The notes under the pieces were generated by a model, which saw only the letters and a program-made list of their open reading frames with translations, did no database searches and was not told where the DNA came from. From Heptranchias perlo (Eukaryota): a stretch of 64,000 nucleotides of DNA. Positions 62,750 to 64,000 of this stretch are shown here, in pieces. A program made the translations under genes and the position numbers. Within the stretch, counting starts at the first letter, position 1, and every line of letters begins with the position of its first letter. The stretch covers positions 13,454,001 to 13,518,000 of the forward strand of contig NC_090335.1 of NCBI RefSeq assembly GCF_035084215.1. Direction: 5' to 3'.

Positions 62750-64000
62750 TTCATGCTCACAAATCGTTAGCCTTTCTCTTCCTATCACTTCTACGGGTGC
62801 ATCCCCTGTGGCTGCAGCAGAGTAGTGGCAGGTTGCTCATGTTCATGCCCTATTGCTTAGATGCTTTCGGCTTATGCCCTCCAGGTTTTGGAGCCCATGA
62901 GGTCCGGCTCCACCTGTACCTGTGCAGGGGCAGACTCGGCCACCTGGAGAGGAGGCAGCATTGCGGGTACTGGTTGAGAGGGGGGCAACAGGTGAGACGT
63001 GGGAGCGCTTTGAGTGGCGTCCCCACTTCCATGTCCCCTTTCGCCATCATCCCTCTCCTGGGCCAGGCCTACCACCCTGCTGGACAACAGATTGGAGGAC
63101 ATGTGTGATGCCTTGGAAGCCCAGTTGTAAAGTTTCTGTCTGCCTGTTTAAAGTGGCAGAATGTTATTTACCTGAGTCTGATCGGTCATTGTCAGGGCCT
63201 GAATGGATTCATTTGAGCAGTGCTTGAAGCTCAATAGAGGCTAGCCTTCCCTCCATTACAGACATTCCAGCACTTACCTGTGATACTATCTCAGAGATTC
63301 CCTTACTTACCTGTGCCACCATTCCACTAATGCAGGAGTTGGACTCCTCCATCCTGTGTGCTATTGTGGAAAGTGTGCATGGCAGCTGTTCCAGTATTTC
63401 GCAAATATGCTGCTGTCCCTCGATCATTCTCCTTTTAAAGGATGGCCCCCGGGATTTAGCATCTGCGTCCAGCTGAGCAGATCCTGGAGAGGAGTGCACC
63501 CATCAACACGGACTCTCCTCAGCTGCTCCTGCCACCAGTGTCTGCTTGTGTTCACTTGTGTGTGGTGATTCACCAGGTGCCAACCCAACTGACTGACTAC
63601 TACGAGGTGTGAGTATCTGGGCCAGTGGATGGCTCGCTATGATATGCGCCCTCAGAGGCTGGGAGCTCCTTTGAGGAATCGCTCTCTCCCGCCACTCCAG
63701 TCGCTGAATGACCTGTAAGAGAACAGAAGGCAATATTAAGCATGATCACAGATGTGTCATGTTGCGATGAGCATACTGAGGTGTTCAACATGCCTATCAT
63801 TGTTAAGATCAATTCATGTTTTGTGTGATGAATGTTAATGTTGTGTCACCAGACGTTTGTGAAGTGCCCGATGGACAGGCACTCAAAGGTGCAGCTGATC
63901 TCCAGGGCCTCCTGCTCCACGTCTGTGAGGACCACTATTTGATGTGGCCCCTCTCCAGTCCTCACCCTCACGCGTGCATTTTGCGCTCTCTTCTCGAAGG
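62750..64000 (-). pseudogene. Harbinger Myb/SANT-like partner gene (3' exons, frameshifted)
   Basis: EKRAQNARVRVRTGEGPHQIVVLTDVEQEALEIS at ~63850-63995; GT-AG intron 63849-63713 (acceptor ttctgttctcttacag); ORF 63209..63499 resembles ORF 27595..28068. Confidence 0.75.

Larger units (their letters stand above)
60688..64000. mobile_element. Two-gene Harbinger transposon running off the window end
   Basis: Left end is homologous to the reverse complement of the 12273 terminus; transposase on +, convergent Myb/SANT gene on -. Confidence 0.9.

Overview
Vertebrate genomic DNA, most likely a cartilaginous fish (shark), inferred from its repeat content: CR1 LINEs, tRNA-derived SINEs including a DeuSINE, L2 tails, Harbinger transposons and a Penelope-type hammerhead repeat. 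The only host gene signal is one minus-strand coding exon of a 5-HT2 serotonin receptor (closest to HTR2C; 5612-5990, ending at a GTAAGT donor). Most of the rest is repeats: many nested CR1/L2 fragments and SINEs, at least five Harbinger-family insertions (one with a nearly intact DDE transposase plus a convergent Myb/SANT partner gene), and a ~25 kb array of a 44-bp satellite (35160-60687) interrupted by two CR1s and one Harbinger derivative. Most notable: (1) a composite non-autonomous Harbinger whose transposase is replaced by a CR1 3' fragment, present as two separate insertions; (2) a perfect 204-bp palindrome carrying a minimal hammerhead ribozyme on each strand, inserted in the loop of a MITE hairpin; (3) the layered, higher-order structure of the satellite; (4) local template-switch scars. 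No CRISPR or prokaryotic system is present. All calls were made by eye with no database search, so boundaries are approximate unless a target-site duplication (TSD) is quoted, and novelty is unverified.
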